This document shows positions 61,043-64,000 of a DNA stretch of 64,000 bases, piece after piece (the first letter of the stretch is position 1; each line of letters starts with the position of its first letter). The DNA lies in assembly GCA_044224715.1 (NCBI GenBank), contig JBGAJV010000031.1, positions 44-64,043 of the forward strand, written 5' to 3'. The translations under genes and the position numbers were made by a program. This DNA is from Anaerolineales bacterium. GTDB lineage: Bacteria > Chloroflexota > Anaerolineae > Anaerolineales > UBA6663. The notes beneath the pieces are model-generated. The model did not search any database, was not told the DNA's origin, and was given only the letters and a program-made list of their open reading frames with translations.

Positions 61043-61995
61043 GGGACGATCCAGGTCCCGGTCTCACCGGCAAGCGCGCGGCCGATGTTCTCGGGGTTCG
61101 TGATCAGCGCCTGCTTGCCGCCGGCTTCGAGGTACCAGATGATGGCCTGGATCTTGGGCGCCATCGAGCCCTTGGCGAAGTGCTTGCCCTCGGCCAAATA
61201 GGCTTTGGCCTCGGCCAGCGTGACCCTGTCGAGCCATTTCTGGTCGGGCTTGCCGTAGTTCAACGCCACCTTCTCGACCGCTGTCGAGATCAGGAACAGG
61301 TCGGCCTTGACCGAGCGCGCCAGCAGACTGCTCGCAAAATCCTTATCGATGACGGCCGCAGTGCCGGAGTAGTTGCCCTGGCCGTCATCGACCACCGGGA
61401 TGCCGCCGCCGCCGACCGTGATGACGATGACGCCGGCATCGATCAAGGCTTTGACGGTGTCGAATTCCACGACTTCCTTGGGCAACGGCGAGGCAACGAC
61501 GCGCCGCCATCCGCGCCCGGCATCCTCGACGACCGACCAGCCCAACTCACGTTCGCGCCGCTTGGCCTCGGCCTCGTCCATGAACCCGCCGATCGGCTTG
61601 CTCGGGCTCTTGAAGGCCGGGTCTTCGCGATCGACCAGCACCTGGGTGACGACGGTGGCGACGTTCTTCTTGATCTTGCGGTGGAACAACTCGTTCTGGA
61701 GGGTCTGCTGCAGCGCGTAACCGATCGCGCCCTGGCTGTCTGCGCCGCAGACGTCGAGCGGCACTTCGTGCATGCCCTCGACCTTGGCCGCGATCTCGGA
61801 GCGGCGCAGGATGAAGCCGACCTGCGGGCCGTTGCCGTGACCGATGGCCACGTCCCAGCCGGCTTCGATCATGTCGGCGATATGCTGCGTGGTCTCCTTG
61901 GCGGCCTGGTACTGGTCCTCGACGCTCTGGTGCTTGGGGTCTTTGATCAGCGAGTTCCCGCCGATCGCGACGACGGCGACCTTCTTTTCGGCCAT
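61039..61995 (-). CDS. arcC: Carbamate kinase
   Basis: AIGGNSL, HGNGPQVG, SQGAIGY, KPIG, RRVVASP, GGGGIPV, VIDKD, GSMAPK. Confidence 0.95.
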   Translation of the reverse strand: MAEKKVAVVAIGGNSLIKDPKHQSVEDQYQAAKETTQHIADMIEAGWDVAIGHGNGPQVGFILRRSEIAAKVEGMHEVPLDVCGADSQGAIGYALQQTLQNELFHRKIKKNVATVVTQVLVDREDPAFKSPSKPIGGFMDEAEAKRRERELGWSVVEDAGRGWRRVVASPLPKEVVEFDTVKALIDAGVIVITVGGGGIPVVDDGQGNYSGTAAVIDKDFASSLLARSVKADLFLISTAVEKVALNYGKPDQKWLDRVTLAEAKAYLAEGKHFAKGSMAPKIQAIIWYLEAGGKQALITNPENIGRALAGETGTWIVP

Positions 61996-62065
61996 GACCT
62001 GTTCTCCCGTGGAAGGATGCGGTGCGGCGCGGGGGGGGGGCCCGCGCCTCACCGCACAATCAAGA

Positions 62066-63046
62066 TCAACTCATCGTCAGGGCCATGACGGCCTTTTGGG
62101 CATGCAGACGGTTCTCGGCTTCGTCGTAAACGACCGAGTGCGCGCCGTCGATGACCTCGTCTGTGACTTCGAGGCCGCGGTCGGCCGGCAGACAGTGCAT
62201 GTAGATGGAGTCTTCCTTCGTGAGGTCCATCCGACGCTGATCCGTGATCCACGACTTGTTCTTCTCGGTCAGGGCCTTGCCCTCGGCCTTGTCGGTCGTG
62301 AACACAAGCGGGCCCCACGACTTCGGATAGACCACGTCCGCGTCCTTGAAGGCTTCGTCCATGTTGTCGGTGACCTCAAAGCCGACCTTGTACTTGCGCG
62401 CGTTCTCGCGCGCCATGTCCATGACCTCGGGCATCAGCTTGAACTCCGGCGGATGCGCCAGGACCACGTCGCAGCCAAAACGAGTCATCTGCAGGATGAG
62501 CGACTGCGGCACCGAGAGCGGCTTGCTGTACGAGGCGGCGTACGCCCACGAGACGACGACCTTCTTGCGGCGCAGGTCGCGGCCCTTCTTCTCGATGACT
62601 GTCATCAGGTCCGCCAGGCACTGGAACGGGTGATAGACGTCGCACTGCATATTGAGGATCGGGGCGCGGCTGGCCTTGGCGACTTCGTTCTGATAGGTGT
62701 TGCCGAACTGCCAGTCGCACTGCCGGATCGAGATCCCGTCATAGTAGCGGCCGAGGATCTCGCCGATCTCCTTGGCGGTGTCGCCGTGCGAGATCTGGGT
62801 GGTCTCTGAGTCGATGAAGGCCGCATGCCCGCCGAGCTGCGCCATGCCGGCTTCGAACGAGCCGCGGGTGCGCGTGCTCGTGAAGAAGAACAGCATCGCC
62901 AGCGTCTTGTCGCGCAGCAACGCATGCGGCTCGCCGAGGGCCCGCTTGCGTTTTAGATCCCACGCGACGTCCAACACGGTCTCGACTTCTTCCTTGCTGA
63001 AGTCGAGGTCGCTGATGAAGTCGCGGCCACGAAAGTTCGTCTGCAT
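62066..63046 (-). CDS. Knotted YgeW-like carbamoyltransferase
   Basis: STRTR, HPFQ, HCLPADR; SWAYAASYSKPLSVPQS and YPKSW match the YgeW/AOTC knotted clade rather than ArgF. Confidence 0.85.
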   Translation of the reverse strand: MQTNFRGRDFISDLDFSKEEVETVLDVAWDLKRKRALGEPHALLRDKTLAMLFFFTSTRTRGSFEAGMAQLGGHAAFIDSETTQISHGDTAKEIGEILGRYYDGISIRQCDWQFGNTYQNEVAKASRAPILNMQCDVYHPFQCLADLMTVIEKKGRDLRRKKVVVSWAYAASYSKPLSVPQSLILQMTRFGCDVVLAHPPEFKLMPEVMDMARENARKYKVGFEVTDNMDEAFKDADVVYPKSWGPLVFTTDKAEGKALTEKNKSWITDQRRMDLTKEDSIYMHCLPADRGLEVTDEVIDGAHSVVYDEAENRLHAQKAVMALTMS

Positions 63047-63108
63047 GTCCTTGTCTCCTATTTCATAGTGGCGAACACGCGAGATGCCTTGCGTGTTCGC
63101 CCGTTTTC

Positions 63109-64000
63109 CTATTCCATGGCGCCAAGCACGAGCGCCAGCAGCGCCATCCGCATCACCACACCGTTGAAGGCTTCCTGCCAGTATCGCGACCAGCGTGTGA
63201 TGTCGACGTCGGTCGGCACCTCGTCCATCCGCGGGAGCGAGTGCAGCAAGATCGCGTCGGACTTGGCCTTGGTCTCGAGCAACTGCCGCGTGATCTTGTA
63301 GTTCGACGGCGTCAGCGAGAGCTCGCCGGTGCGCTCGTCGCGCGATTTGGTGTAGTCGGGCTGCACCACCGGTTCGACCAGGATGATGTCGGCCTGGGCG
63401 ATGACTTGCTCGACGTGCTCGGCCTCCCTGAAGTTCACACTGTAGCGGCGCAGGTCGTCCTTGAACTCCGGCGTCAGCGCCATATCCGGCGGGGCGACGA
63501 AGTCGATCGGGCAGTCGAACTGCGACAGCGCATAGCCGAGCGAGTGCATCGTGCGCATACGCATGTCGCCGACCGCCAGCCAGTGCAGGCCGTCGATCCG
63601 CCCCTTCTCGCGCAGCACCGTGTACAGATCGGTCAGGATCTGGGTCGGGTGCTCGCCCCAGCCGTCGCCGCCGTTGATGATCGGGATGCTCGCCCATTTG
63701 GCGGCTTCGTGCGGCGCGCCTTGCTGGAAATGGCGCATGACGATCACGTCGCCGTAGTACTCGAGCATCTTGACCGTGTCTTTGATCGACTCCTGATAGA
63801 AGTCGCCGGCGCGCGTCATCTTCGGGTCCGCGAAGCCGGTGACGTGCCCGCCCAATCGATGCATCGCAGCTTCATGGGCCAGCCGGGTGCGGGTGCTCGG
63901 CTGGTAGAACGCGGCGACCAGGGTCTTCTCCTTGAGAAGGTCGCTGTTGCGCCGGTTCCGCGCGATCGGTTCCAGGTGCTGGGCCACCTCGAAGACCCGG
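63109..64000 (-). CDS. Aspartate-carbamoyltransferase-like transcarbamylase (5' partial)
   Basis: FYQPSTRTR, INGGDGWGEHPTQ, HSLPR.DE, NGVVMRMALL; lacks the usual PyrB K-G-E and TR.Q.ER segments. Confidence 0.85.
   Translation of the reverse strand, partial: RVFEVAQHLEPIARNRRNSDLLKEKTLVAAFYQPSTRTRLAHEAAMHRLGGHVTGFADPKMTRAGDFYQESIKDTVKMLEYYGDVIVMRHFQQGAPHEAAKWASIPIINGGDGWGEHPTQILTDLYTVLREKGRIDGLHWLAVGDMRMRTMHSLGYALSQFDCPIDFVAPPDMALTPEFKDDLRRYSVNFREAEHVEQVIAQADIILVEPVVQPDYTKSRDERTGELSLTPSNYKITRQLLETKAKSDAILLHSLPRMDEVPTDVDITRWSRYWQEAFNGVVMRMALLALVLGAME

Noticed and set aside
51914-61103. Long plus-strand ORFs 51914-54418, 58136-59512 and 59265-61103
   Set aside because: Antisense shadows of xdh, ade and ssnA.
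62066-64000. Annotating the transcarbamylases as biosynthetic argF and pyrB, or the region as an arginine deiminase operon
   Set aside because: Substrate-binding motifs differ from ArgF and PyrB, there is no arcA, and the context is purine catabolism.

Overview
High-GC bacterial chromosomal window, most consistent with Chloroflexota (Anaerolineae-like). That assignment is an inference from FRD-type Ser/Thr kinases, Pro/Thr-rich surface proteins and xLPxIxR-type motifs. From left to right: the end of an IS5-family element abutting a secreted-protein gene; an orphan PD-(D/E)XK-like ORF; a minus-strand glycosyltransferase / GT-kinase fusion / ABC / TPR / Thr-repeat cluster; a small membrane protein with a CU-rich 3' tail; PHP, ATL, CAP, PolX-PHP, cNMP-SpoIIE, DUF971, S9 peptidase and SPFH genes; a Ser/Thr signalling operon (kinase-PQQ propeller, PP2C, J-like-vWA, ZnR-FHA, small protein, OmpR regulator); an MFS; a phosphorelay block (hybrid HK, Hpt, LysE, HK, REC-PAS, PT-rich protein); a P-type ATPase, Nnr, acyl-CoA dehydrogenase, and an AadK-like plus kinase pair. 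The window ends in a large purine-catabolic operon (two transcarbamylases, carbamate kinase, SsnA, adenine deaminase, xanthine-dehydrogenase-family subunits, a ThrC-like PLP enzyme, 8-oxoguanine deaminase) interrupted by a PKD surface-protein gene. I saw no rRNA, tRNA or CRISPR array. All calls come from reading motifs by eye; no database search was run, and several start codons were re-picked manually.
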